From Octopus sinensis (taxonomy: Eukaryota): DNA of 64,000 bases. The stretch lies in NCBI RefSeq assembly GCF_006345805.1, contig NC_043001.1, forward strand, positions 60,326,001 to 60,390,000. Direction: 5' to 3'. The position numbers were made by a program, and so were the translations under genes. Below, one piece after another: positions 28,705 through 41,683 of this stretch; positions within the stretch are counted from its first letter, which is position 1; each line of letters starts with the position of its first letter. The notes beneath the pieces are model-generated. The model did not search any database. It was not told the DNA's origin and saw only the letters and a program-made list of their open reading frames with translations.

Positions 28705-29030
28705 TGTTTTGAGAAAAGCACTGGCACAGTTTGGACTACCTGATGTCATCCGCCATTGGGGTATATTTTCTTGGGATCACATCGACAGCTTTCGAAATAT
28801 CCATAAACGGCACACAACATCACTGGCCGATTTTACCTGGCGACTCAAAGAAGAGAAAGTCAAATACGACCTGACCTGTTCAATTAGGCTTGTAAGTTCC
28901 TATAACACTCTGTCTGATATGCCAATTATGTCCCGAGGATTCGCTATCGCTATTGTTGAGGGAAGATTAGATTATAAACAGATTCTCAGAAAGATTATCC
29001 AGATGCATTCATGCAATTAAGCACACCTGC
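28705..29030 (+). pseudogene. Gypsy-like integrase fragment
   Basis: LAQFGLPDVI..NIHKRHTT resembles FARFGLPDVIVSDNG..GIxHxxT. Confidence 0.45.
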
Positions 29031-30349
29031 ACAGCTTATGATAGAAACACCTAAAAATCCAAACTAAACAGTAACATAATCCAACCTCTTGAATTTACTG
29101 CTCCAACCTCATGAACAACACATCTGGAACTTATACCACAGAAGGAACGAATGAGAATTCAACAGCGCATAAGATGTGAACTTAGACAAATTATTGTAGA
29201 TGTAATTACTTCATATAACGTTATCTTACATAACGGGCATTGATATTATTGTTGAAGATGATATAGACAACTAGGTGCACAATTGTTATCCTCTTTACGA
29301 GACCAGTGCTTGTGTGTCACCTTAAAAGTATATACCCCGAACAAGGCCAAGTGCGACTGTTATCCTGTGCTGATAAGGGAAATAACTCAAAAATCACATA
29401 AGTATTCCATATCGTAAACACCATGTTTTCTGAAGTACGTTCAAAGTTAAGATGTATGATATATGTGCATGAATTTGTATATATTTAAATATGCTCTAAT
29501 ACAATCATATATTTAGATACGGTGATATATAATAAGTGCAGAATGCAGCCATAATTCACTTCAGTAGAGTTTTCATTAAAAAACACGTAATAGAATTATT
29601 AACTAGAAATAAAAGAAACATGTTTAATTATATTTATATATCATAATACTATCATGTATGATACTTTGACTGCTATACAAGTGCATACGTGCATGTCTGC
29701 GTCCAAGCGTGTGTATGTGTGTGTGTGTAATAGCTAGATGTATGTTAAACTAATACATCTGTTTGTTGTTTACACACTTGTCTCAGTCTATTTTTTTTTG
29801 TAAATTCCAGATGTTATATATAAGTATGCATGTGTCTGTCATAGGTGATATTTGAATCAACAATCAACCCAATGTGCAATTGATATAGCTCTTGCCAAAA
29901 TTCAAACAGCCCGTGCTTAAAATAACTATGACCTTAAAGTAACTGCCACGACAGAGTTTTAATACCATTACTCAACAGTTCTCATCTATATCACCCTCCA
30001 AGACAATTCCATTTGTATGTATTCTTTCTTCATTTTCTGTTTCTATTACTCTTCTCTCGCTTTAAACAATGTATTTTTCTACTGGCCTTATACTATTACG
30101 TTTTTCATCTTCTTCTTCTCTTTCTACAGATAATACATTTTATTTATATATACATATTGTATTTAATTTTATTTCTTATGGTTATTTTACAGCAATTCTG
30201 GCTACCTGCAGACCATGATTTCCGGGTTATTTCTCTTCATAGGCACAGGATAATCGTTGGCTAGAGATGACAGCACTTGGACTAACCAGGACTGCCACTC
30301 TACGTTGATAAATAAATTTTACTCTGTAGTAGTGTTACTACTTACTTAT

Positions 30350-30660
30350 TGCAGAGACGTAAAACTATTTGTTTTACTCTTAATGAGACAAGTACCAGTG
30401 TGTCGCTTTAAAAGTATATTCTTCGAGCAAGGCCTAGTGCTGGCATCTCTAGCCACCGGTTATCCTGTAGAGATATATATGTGTAGACACACGCACACAC
30501 ACACACACGTATATATATACAATCATATGCTATCGGTTTCTGTCTACAAAATTCATACATAAGGTTTAGGGCAACCCAAATCTTTACAAGCAGAGAATGG
30601 GACTGAACTCAAAATCTTGTGAACGGGAAGCAAGCTTCGTACCACACAGCCATCCCTGTG
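30350..30660 (-). mobile_element. highly degenerate SINE
   Basis: gggactgaactcaaaatcttgtgaacgggaagcaagcttcgtaccacacagcca resembles the SINE head. Confidence 0.6.
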
Positions 30661-30734
30661 GGTATAAATCTCTGCTTGTGGTGCAAAAGCAAATCTTAAT
30701 GGACCTTCAGATATATATGTATATATATATATAA

Positions 30735-30771
<37 letters not shown>

Positions 30772-30961
30772 TATGTACGTATGTATGTATATGATTCGTT
30801 GTTCATGTGATATGAAAGTTTCGTCAAATGATTTCAATTTGACTCTCACTCGGTCTCCTATACATACATATATACATACATACATACTTACATACACACC
30901 GACCCACACACACACGCATGCACACACACACACTCATATATAATTATATTGTATATATATA

Positions 30962-31002
<41 letters not shown>

Positions 31003-31004
<2 letters not shown>

Positions 31005-31360
31005 CAATAATATAAAGGGTAAAATTAATTAATTGATTATTAATTAATAATTCTACCAAGTAGTGTTCAGCATGTTAAAAGGACCATTTACGGTAAGCTT
31101 AAACATTACTTATTATAATTATTAGTATACGTATTGCTTTGCTACATACCGAACTTTTAGAAATAGCAGCCAAAGAACTTAGCTATTTCTTCTAATATAA
31201 GAAGAATCTCCCAATATATAATACGTTGTCTGGGAGATTCTTTTTATAGTAGAAGTCATAGCTAAGTTCTTTGGCTGCTATTTCTAAAAGTTCGGTATGT
31301 GGCAAAGCAAATCTTTTTTTGCTGCACTCTAATTATAATTATACTCGTAATTATATATAT
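31003..31360. mobile_element. (TA)n-flanked fold-back fragment of the 35291 family
   Basis: ~80-bp arms 31135-31212 and 31230-31310; shares cataccgaa..ttagaaatagcag..tagctatttcttcta with 35291. Confidence 0.8.
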
Positions 31361-31361
31361 A

Positions 31362-31431
<70 letters not shown>

Positions 31432-31477
31432 TTATAAATATATATATATATATATATACGTATGTATATATACATAT

Positions 31478-31990
31478 CTCTATATATATGAAACTGAGAA
31501 TGTGTGTCTGTCTGTCTGTCTATGTGTTTCCCTAAAACTTGAGAACTACACAACCAATTTCATTCAAATCTTATACATGCCTTACTTAGGGTCCGGGGAG
31601 TGTAATGGGCAGAAAAAATGTTCAACTTCTTGCCCATAGCAATATCATATCTTCTCCACTATTTCAGTATTACGTGTTAAAAGTGAAACAAAAACATTTC
31701 TCTATTTCATTTCAGATACTTTCACTTTAACAATAAAAATTAGAGATAATAATAACAATTGAATTATATGTAGTAAGTAATAATTAAAATCAAATTAAAG
31801 TGTAATATAATCGTAACATAACAAAAGTAAAAATAACAATTGGTATAAAATTGCATCAATGACTTGAACTTGAATAAGTGGTTTCACATGAATGGGAATA
31901 AATTAAAAATAAAATTAGCGTGCAGAAATGGAATAGTCGAGACGGAGCTGTGCACATACCGTTTACCATGGCTTTTACATTAGATTATCT
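31478..31990 (+). mobile_element. non-autonomous Helitron-like element
   Basis: TCTATATATATGAAACTGAGAAT then (GTCT)n; homologous to 13065. Confidence 0.5.
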
Positions 31991-32361
31991 GCCAATTAGC
32001 TAGCATTAAGTATCAATATGAAGTTTGGCTGTATGTAATGTCTGTTTTCTCGAACAGCCGCTTCTACTGAGTACTACTGTTGGTTTATTTCCTATACATA
32101 AAGGACTATAGCTTCAACTGCGTACTGCTTTTTTATTCACCGTAAGGTTTGTTATTATTATTACTGTTTAACTATTGTTATCACTTTTGTTGGTTCCTCG
32201 TAAAGGAAACGTTGTTGTGTTGCATTTGTTAAATAATTGTAAACTGTAAACCTCCCCCTTTGGGAGAAGGAGCTTTGGTTATTGTTTAAAAATTGAATTG
32301 TGTCCCTGTTTGGGGAAATTGACAATATTTTCACCGTTTACACGGAAGCATCTTTGTTAGA

Positions 32362-32628
32362 ATGCCTTCAATGGAAGAAAGTCCCAAAATGAATTTCGCT
32401 GCAGCCGTCGGCGGGCGCGAACTCATTAAAATTAAAATGGAAGAAATACAAACCTATTTCGGATTGATCACCGACAAAAACGGTGCATCTAGGATAACAC
32501 CACCAAACGAAATAAAAAAATTAATTAAAGAAAAAATTATTGTCTATAAAGTACACAATGTAGAGAAAAAAAAAGATTTGAACACCTACAGGAAAGCACC
32601 ATCGAAAGGTGTCTTGGTGCGACTATGA
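32362..32628 (+). pseudogene. possible LINE ORF1 N-terminal fragment
   Basis: MPSMEESPKMNFAAAVGG.. (FAAAV-type start, Lys-rich); weak support. Confidence 0.3.
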
Positions 32629-35100
32629 AAGATATCTAACCAGAGGCGTTAAATTCGCCACAATAGAAGCAAGTTTCGAGTCAACGGAGCGTGCAAGGGA
32701 GTACTCGACTCGAACCTTGCAAAGTGGAAATATTTTATTTTTACCTTTATATCTGGGACGTAGGACTTCCCGGATAAAAATTTAAAATGTCCCTCCAGAA
32801 GTAGAGGTAAGCTGGATTGTAGCCACACTTCTATACAAGAGGGAGGACAAGATACAATTGATCGTAATTGCAAGAGACGGGCCTACAATTCCAGTCTGTT
32901 ATATATTTTGGGTATTGTTATCACTAGCGATATCAAGATATAACTTTGTATTTTGTATTTTATGTGTAGATGTATATATATAGATGTACATGTAATATGT
33001 ACACATATATATACACATATATACGTGTCATAATGCTATTATTATATAAAGTATTGTGGATGAGGACAGAATATAGCGAAGTAAATGCAAGGCAAATCAC
33101 AGGAAAATAAATATATGAATTAACGTAGACTTACCATGTATTCGATATTCCTGGGTTATGACCCCATTTTCAAGAAAAAGCTTGAAAATGGGGTCATAAC
33201 TCCGAAATATTGAATGCAAAGTAAGTCTACATTAATTCATATATGTGTATGTGTTTATGTGTGTGTGCGTGTGTCTTGTTCCTGAATCTTACTGCATCTC
33301 TCTCCCTTTCTTTCATCTGCATATACTTGTGTGTATGCATACGTTGTTTCATTTCATTCAATCCGAATAGAGATACGGAGAAAATCTAGAGAAAATTTTT
33401 TTTTTACCTTTTTTAGTTGAATAAACAATGGTCGATTGTGAAATTAATGGATCACAATTGTGTATGCGAAGACTTCATTTAGATTCATTGGAATTGGTAT
33501 AACTGTACACAGTGTTCAAATTTACGTCAGCATTGCTAAACATTGGCATATAATTAACGATTTCCTTCACTAGAAGCTAAACACGCTATACTTTCAATTG
33601 GAAATATTTGCAGAAATGTAGTTTCTTCTTTCCTCCTCTTAGTTTTCTCTTCCATTTCAGATTTGAAATCTCAATTGGACAGAGATTAACGATGGGGGAA
33701 ATTGTGTGGTTACTTATTACGCAGACATTTGCTTAAAACTTAGATGCTTCCACACCAAAAGTAGCATAACGTGTAAATACTCATGAACATTGTTAATCAC
33801 TTGTCACTATAGTTCGACCGTATACTTGCGCGTTTATGTATATAAATTTTCAGGAAAATTACTGCTTCAAAATGGAGAAAAACTTAATTGTAGCCAGGAA
33901 GTCTACAGGGCTGTATAGAACATAAGTCAGAGTCGTAAATCACACTATAATGTTTGTTGCAGGGGAAAGACAGAATAAGAATTAGACGATATGTTAAAAG
34001 ATGGATGGGAAAAGTATATTCGAAATGTAGAAAACAGAGAGGAGAGAGAGAGTGAGAGAGACAGAGACATAAAGACAGAGAGACAAAGACTATGACAGAT
34101 TCAAAGGGAGAGAGAGAGGGACAAACATAGAAGCAGAGAGACTGACAGAAAGAAAGAGCAAGGGAAAGGGCATCTCCATATATATTAAGATAAATAAGTA
34201 GAAATAGAGAGATTATTGGCGAGTGAAGCTAATAACACCAATCATGGTATTACAAAGGTACTTTCCATGACTCTGTGTGCACTTATATATCACAGAGGCG
34301 TTATCCTTGAGAACAATCGCATGCTATCCAGTACTGGCGCGGAACTATGAGGAGAAAGCAGTCAAGGAATAAATTAAGATGATTGATTAACGCTTAACCA
34401 CTAGATTTACATTCTTGTCTCACTACCCACTACATATATACATCAAACCTGTGCAGGGTATTTACGTTCCTATCAGAGCGATTTTACGTTTGTGTTTCGT
34501 AAGGCTCCATGTTTTGTCTCAGTACAAATATTAAGACTTGGGAAATATTCTATTTCCTTATAAAATCCATTGTTATTTCAGATTTTATGCAGCTGTGCTA
34601 GTCATAATTTTTTGTACAATTAAATATTTGCAGAATATTTATACAAGACAATTACTGCAGTAATTTCACTGATACATCTTAAAATTGTGCATGCATTAAA
34701 TATACAGGTTATTATAATTTAATACATCCTTAATTTTGTGAACCAGATTTCTATTCAGTTGGGCTGCTATTCTCAACATCAGTGACTATTTTATCTATGT
34801 TTTCCAGTTTCAGAAGTAATAAGTTCTCGACCCAGCATGAAGTTGAATGGGAGCATGTACCATTGAAAAAAGCCGCTATAAATGCACGAAATATATGTGA
34901 TGTTCTTACAAGTCTCTGATGGGATGAATTTTAGTCTTCCGCTGACATGTATTGTGTTTTTAACACAGCACGTTGACAGTAAGTGTTCTCTCGTTTCAAA
35001 TATGAAGTAACTGCAATATCGACGGTGGGTCTTTATTAAGAAAGATATGTAGATGTTTATATAGATATACAAGATACATAAATATCTATATACATATATA

Positions 35101-35131
<31 letters not shown>

Positions 35132-35144
35132 CATATATATATAC

Positions 35145-35177
<33 letters not shown>

Positions 35178-35199
35178 TGTATGTATGTATGCATGTATG

Positions 35200-35292
<93 letters not shown>

Positions 35293-35474
35293 TAAGCAAT
35301 AAGGGTTTAGCAACGAGTTGCCTTACCACATACCGAATTAGAAATAGCAGTCAAAGGGTTATAGCTATTTCTTCTACTAAAAAGGGAGATCTCAGTAAAA
35401 ACAGCATTTGGAAGGCACAAACAGGTAAGAGAGAATGAATTGACTGCAATCTATCATACATTTTTTTTAGTTAT

Positions 35475-35586
35475 CCACGGACGTACGTTTCGAAATCAAG
35501 TTTTAAGGAAAGCATACGAATTAAATATTAAATATTAAATAATAAATAATTCTATCTTACCGAAACTTCTTTTCTCTTCAGCGTAG
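35475..35586 (-). ncRNA. type I hammerhead ribozyme motif with long stem II loop
   Basis: CTACG-CTGAAGA-GAAA..TTTC-GAAA-C GTAC-GTC^-CGTGG. Confidence 0.85.
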
Positions 35587-36077
35587 AATACTATAATCAT
35601 AAATGATTATATATTGAATTTTGAGATACCAGAAGGCACCAACTCCACTCAGTATCAGAGCGAGCTAGAACCCGCAACTGGTATCACCGAATTCAATTTG
35701 TGAATGAAACGATTGTGTCAGCAGCCCCTTCCCACCCGCGTGTAGCCAAAACAAGATGCTGTGGTCATCTACTGAGATAAAATATGGTTATCCGTAATAA
35801 TGAAGGGTGAAATTAATTAATTTGGAAAAATTATCAATTACACCAAGTAGTCTTCGGCATGTAAAAGCCTCATTCGAGGAAAATTTAAGTAATACTAAGC
35901 AATAAGGGTTTAGCAACGAGTTGCCTTACCACATACCGAATTTAGAAATAGCAGTCAAAGGGTTATAGCTATTTCTTCTACTAAAAAGGGAGATCTCAGT
36001 AAAAACAGCATTTGGAAGGCACAAACAGGTAAGAGAGAATGAATTGACTGCAATCTATCATACATTTTTTTAGTTAT

Positions 36078-36188
36078 CCACGGACGTACGTTTCGAAATC
36101 AAGTTTTAAGGAAAGCATACGAATTAAATATTAAATATTAAATAATAAATAATTCTATCTTACCGAAACTCTTTTCTCTTCAGCGTAG
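36078..36188 (-). ncRNA. type I hammerhead ribozyme motif, second tandem copy
   Basis: Same core and stems as 35475-35586. Confidence 0.85.
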
Positions 36189-36792
36189 AATACTATAATC
36201 ATAAATGATTATATATTGAATTTTGAGATACCAGAAGGCACCAACTCACTCAGTATCAGAGCGAGCTAGAACCCGCAACTGGTATCACCGAATTCAATTT
36301 GTGAATGAAACGATTGTGTCAGCAGCCCCTTCCCACCCGCGTGTAGCCAAAACAAGATGCTGTGGTCATCTACTGAGATAAAATATGGTTATCCGTAATA
36401 ATGAAGGGTGAAATTAATTAATTTGGAAAAATTATCAATTACACCAAGTAGTCTTCGGCATGTAAAAGCCCCCTTCGTATTGTTATTTTGTGCACCCTGA
36501 TGTCTTTCTATTCAAGGTATTTTTAAATGCAAGATTATATATTTATGTTTTGTAGTTTTAATTTTGGTTGTGAAACGACACAATTTTGTGTGAATATGTT
36601 AATTAATAAATTAATTTGTATCCTTTAGATCTCTCCGTTTTTGAACTTAATAATAATATTAATATTACACACATACACACACACAGACATATATATATAC
36701 ATATACATATATATATATAATTATATATATATGTATATTTGTCTCTCTGGTGTATATAAATAAATATATATATATATATATAGTATATATAG

Positions 36793-36824
<32 letters not shown>

Positions 36825-36907
36825 GGTCCCGGGTTGATTCGGGGTTAACCACAGTAAATAAGGTACTCGATACATAGCAGAGTAAAATTAATTTATTATA
36901 TAGAAGG

Positions 36908-36958
36908 AGCTTCTACAGGACTAGAACTGTTTCATTCAAGAGAAATCTTCAGGAAGCT
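36908..36958 (-). ncRNA. type I hammerhead ribozyme motif (left palindrome end)
   Basis: AGCTTC-CTGAAGA-TTTC TCTT GAAT-GAAA-CAG TTCTAGTC CTG-TA^-GAAGCT; U.U at 10.1/11.1. Confidence 0.75.
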
Positions 36959-37119
36959 AGTTAACAAGAATTGTATTGGCATTTATACATTTAGGCAGGT
37001 TTAAAGGGGTGTTGGTGGGGGACTTTTGGGGGGTAGGCATAGCGCAAAAAATCATACTTGGGGGAGTGGTCAAGGAGTCAGTGTTAATTAGATAGGAGAA
37101 TAAATAAAAAATAAAAAAT

Positions 37120-37151
<32 letters not shown>

Positions 37152-37256
37152 TATAAAATATAAAAAATAAAAATAAAAAATAAAAATAGAAAATAAAAAA
37201 ATATAAAAAAATAAAAAAATAAAAAATAATAAAATAAAAATAAAAAATAAAAAAAA

Positions 37257-37294
<38 letters not shown>

Positions 37295-38348
37295 GGGGAA
37301 TAGAGTTTTAGGTAAATAAGGAGATTCTCACTTATACCTCTACACATACACACATATATATACAATCACACATACATTTACATATCTACACATACACATA
37401 TATGTGTATACATACACACACTCACTTGCATACACGTATACACATGTATATATACACACACGACCACACATACATATACACACAGAAAAAAATATATATA
37501 TACACATACACACACATCTACTCACATACACGCATACACACACAAATCCATACACACACATGCACACACAGCACACTAGTCCCTATATACACATATACAC
37601 ATACACACATATATATACACCCACACATACACATACATACACATATATATACATACATACACATACATATACACATATATATACATACACATATATATAT
37701 ATATACACATATATATACATATGTGTACCCATGCATACCTACACATACACACATATATATATATATACATATACAAATACAGACCCATTCCCTAATTTTA
37801 ATTTTATTATCTTCGTTTATTACTTTTGTATCTTTGGCGCTTGGTCACAAACATCTTGGCTATGACAGCCAGACCATTTATCCGTCTACTGGAAAACAAT
37901 TACTCATTCACTCACGCACACTCTTTAGCACGTACACTCACTCATTCGTACACTCATACGCATACACGCACGCACACGTTATATTCATACATACATACAT
38001 CTACATACATTCACGTATATACACATACGTACGCGTACCTACAGATTCATGTCTACACTCTTAGAAGGCTAGTCTATACATATACACCAATAAATATAAA
38101 TACACACACATACATGTACACCTACATACAAATACATACATGTACATTATATATACATATATATTATATATATATATATTATATATATATATATACGCGT
38201 ACCTACAGATTCATGTCTACACTCTTAGAAGGCTAGTCTATACATATACACCCATAAATATACCCATAAATATGTGTGTGTATTATATTATGGGTGTATA
38301 TGTATAGACTAGCCTTCTAAGAGTGTAGACATGAATCTGTAGGTACGC

Positions 38349-38389
<41 letters not shown>

Positions 38390-39317
38390 ATATAGTGTAG
38401 ACATGAATCTGTAGGTACGCGTACGTAGGTGTATTCGTGAATGTATGTAGATGTATGTAGTATGAATATAACGTGTGCGTGCGTGTATGCGTATGAGTGT
38501 TACGTATGAATGAGTGAGTGTACGTGCTAAAGAGTGTGCGTGAGTGAATGAGTAATTGTTTTCCAGTAGACGGATAAATGGTCTGGCTGTCATAGCCAAG
38601 ATGTTTGTGACCAAGCGGCCAAAGATAACAAAAGTAATAAACGAAGATAATAAAATTAAAATTAGGGAATGGGTCTGTATTTGTATATGTATATGTATAT
38701 ATATATATATATGTGTGTATGTGTAGGTATGCATGGGTACACATATGTATATATATGTGTATATATATATATATGTGTATGTATATATATGTGTATATGT
38801 ATGTGTATGTATGTATATATATGTGTATGTATGTGTATGTGTGGGTGTATATATATGTGTGTATGTGTATATATGTGTATATAGGGACTAGTGTGCTGTG
38901 TGTGCATGTGTGTGTATGGATTTGTGTGTGTATGCGTGTATGTGAGTAGATGTGTGTGTATGTGTATATATATTTTTCTGTGTGTATATGTATGTGTGGT
39001 CGTGTGTGTATATATACATGTGTGTATACGTGTATGCAAGTGAGTGTGTGTATGTATACACATATATTATGTGTATGTGTAGATATGTATGTGTGATTGT
39101 ATATATATGTGTGTATGTGTAGAGGTATAAGTGAGAATCTCCTTATTTACCTAAAACTCTATTCCCCCCTTTATATATATATATATATATATATGTATAT
39201 TTTTTTATTTTTTTTTTTATTTTATTATTTTTTTATTTTTTATTTTTTATTTTTTTGTATTTCTATTTTTTATTTTTTATTTTTATTTTTATTTTTTATA
39301 TTTTATATTTTTTATTT

Positions 39318-39353
<36 letters not shown>

Positions 39354-39500
39354 ATTTATTCTCCTATCTAATTTAACACTGACTCCTTGACCACTCCCCC
39401 AAGTATGATTTTTTGCGCTATGCCTACCCCCAAAAAGTCCCCCACCAACCCCCTTTAAACCTGCCTAAATGGATAAATGCCAATACAATTCTTGTTAACT

Positions 39501-39550
39501 AGCTTCCTGAAGATTTCTCTGAATGAAACAGTTCTAGTCCTGTAGAAGCT
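39501..39550 (+). ncRNA. type I hammerhead ribozyme motif (right palindrome end)
   Basis: agcttc ctgaaga tttctctgaat gaaa cag ttctagtc ctg ta gaagct. Confidence 0.75.
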
Positions 39551-39572
39551 CCTTATATAATAAATATATATA

Positions 39573-39613
<41 letters not shown>

Positions 39614-39811
39614 TATATCTTTATTTATATATATATCAGTTTTGGGATTTAGTTTGCAAGCTTCTTATGTGAGTTCGTATGTTGAAGCATATTCTGTTGT
39701 GCCTGGGGAGAGTCATTCTCTATTATTGCCTTTTAATTTAACACACGCACCGGTAAACTTTCCACTCATTTAGTTATTTATTTTTCTATAATTTAGTTGC
39801 GTCTTCTAATC

Positions 39812-39866
<55 letters not shown>

Positions 39867-39873
39867 AGTTTAA

Positions 39874-40116
39874 TGCAGGTGTAATTCAAATACTTTTACT
39901 TCCGACACATATTTCGAGGATATCACTGATATTATTCCAAAGGAATAAAAAGGTGTACAAGAATGTAATCTTCTCTTCAAGGATTGACGAGTTTCATTTC
40001 TTCACTTCCCTGAAGAAAAGATTGCATTGTTTTACACCATTTTATTCCCTGGGAATAATATCAGTGATATTTTCGAAACATGTGTCAGAAGTAATAGTAT
40101 TTGGATTACAACTGCG
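39874..40116. repeat. fold-back whose two arms are near-canonical hammerheads (39900-39983 minus; 40006-40090 plus)
   Basis: Two-arm consensus TTCC-CTGAAGA-GAAGAT..ATC(C/T)TC-GAAA-C ATGT-GTC^-GGAA; each arm has substitutions at different positions. Confidence 0.75.
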
Positions 40117-40309
40117 TTAATCTCCATTTATTTATTTATATATTATACAAAACATTTCCCGTAAACCCGAAGTTGCTACCTTTAAAAACAAGGAGTTACA
40201 ACCTCTTTACTTGTGTGAATATTTGCTACTCTGGTAACTATTTATCTATGTTTTCCGTGTTAATTTTTAACAAGGGAAAAATACACACTTCGATATATAT
40301 ATATATATA

Positions 40310-40472
40310 TTATATTATATCAAATTAGAGATAAAACCACTAGTAGGCAAATCAAACAGTGAAAAATATAAGCCAATACATAAAATTAATTTAAAAATAT
40401 AAAATTAAAATTTTAAAAATTATTTAAATAATTTAAACTTATAAATTTTAAATATATATATACAAATATAAT

Positions 40473-40513
<41 letters not shown>

Positions 40514-40812
40514 ATTTTTATATTTATATATTATTTTATTTATTAATTTAATTATTAATTAAAAATTTTTTTTTTATTTTATTATATAAATATCAAAAGT
40601 ATTAAAAGTTTAATAAAAGATAAAAAGTAAAACACTACGGTCGTTTCATGGCTGTACCAATTCGAATAACAATAATTTAAATACAATTAATAATTCGAAT
40701 TATGGTTACGGTCAATCTTCAGGTTAATTGAAATATTTTAAAAGTAATCAGAAATATTTAAACAATATTTTTCAGATAATAGTGGTTTTATCTCTAATTT
40801 GATATAATATAA
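40310..40812. mobile_element. (TA)n-flanked element with ~30-bp inverted ends and an internal partly decayed hammerhead (40631-40727, minus)
   Basis: atatcaaattagagataaaaccacta / tagtggttttatctctaatttgatat; CTGAAGA..GAAAC GACC GTA. Confidence 0.7.
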
Positions 40813-40894
40813 TATAATATATTTATACTATGAAATTGGATTTAATCCTAAATCTAATTTTTCCCTGTAAGTTTGGATTTATTCCTAGTATTAT

Positions 40895-40942
<48 letters not shown>

Positions 40943-41604
40943 CGTATGTATATATATATATATTCGCTCTGAAGTATATTAGGATATACTAAATAAGATA
41001 TAGTAGTACAATAATAATGACATATCCTTAGTAAAATATAATGATAGTAACCAGTTCTGTCATCGAGGAATTAAGGAACAACCGCGTAAATACTGTTATC
41101 CTTTACCAAGGATAGTAATTAATTCTTTGACGACGCACTGTATGTTTGTCCCTCACATCTACTCGCACATACCTCTACACCGTTGAACTGAGTACCTACA
41201 CTTCACATACATTTGTGCCCCTACAGTATAGTCCTACACCTACAGACATTAACAAGAGCATGCACACGCACACATACACATGTCAACATGAAACACACAC
41301 ATACTCTAAAAGCCTCATATACACACATCACATGATAACAGGGGTATGCGCATTCGTTTCCATACACACCCATATAGATACAATTTTCATACATAAACAT
41401 CCTTTATTTATATATTATGCAAAAAGTTTCACTAAACCCGAATTTGCTACCTCTAAAAACAAAAAGTTACAACCTCTTTACTTCTGTGAATTTTTGCTAC
41501 ACTGGTAACTCTTTATCTATTTTTCCATGTTAATTTTTAACCAGGGAAAAATACACACATCTATACATATGTGTGTGTGTGTGTGTATTATGTATGTATA
41601 TATG

Positions 41605-41683
<79 letters not shown>

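Larger units (their letters stand above)
35291..36470 (-). mobile_element. (TA)n-anchored tandem of 603-bp units, one hammerhead per unit (PLE pLTR/retrozyme-like)
   Basis: actaagcaataagggtttagc at 35291 and ~35894; the copies differ only by a few 1-nt indels. Confidence 0.92.
36890..39565. repeat. ~2.7-kb near-perfect palindrome centred at ~38270
   Basis: gaaggagcttctacaggactag.. at 36903 mirrored by ..ctagtcctgtagaagctcc at ~39552; unique internal blocks are also mirrored. Confidence 0.95.

Noticed and set aside
29365-30260. Inverted pair of hammerhead-like remnants (29368 plus, ~30206-30255 minus)
   Set aside because: Both cores have multiple substitutions; only a hypothetical consensus would fold
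38040-38080. ctaagagtgtagacatgaatctgtaggtac hammerhead-like string
   Set aside because: The core lacks G5 and GAAA, and no stem I forms
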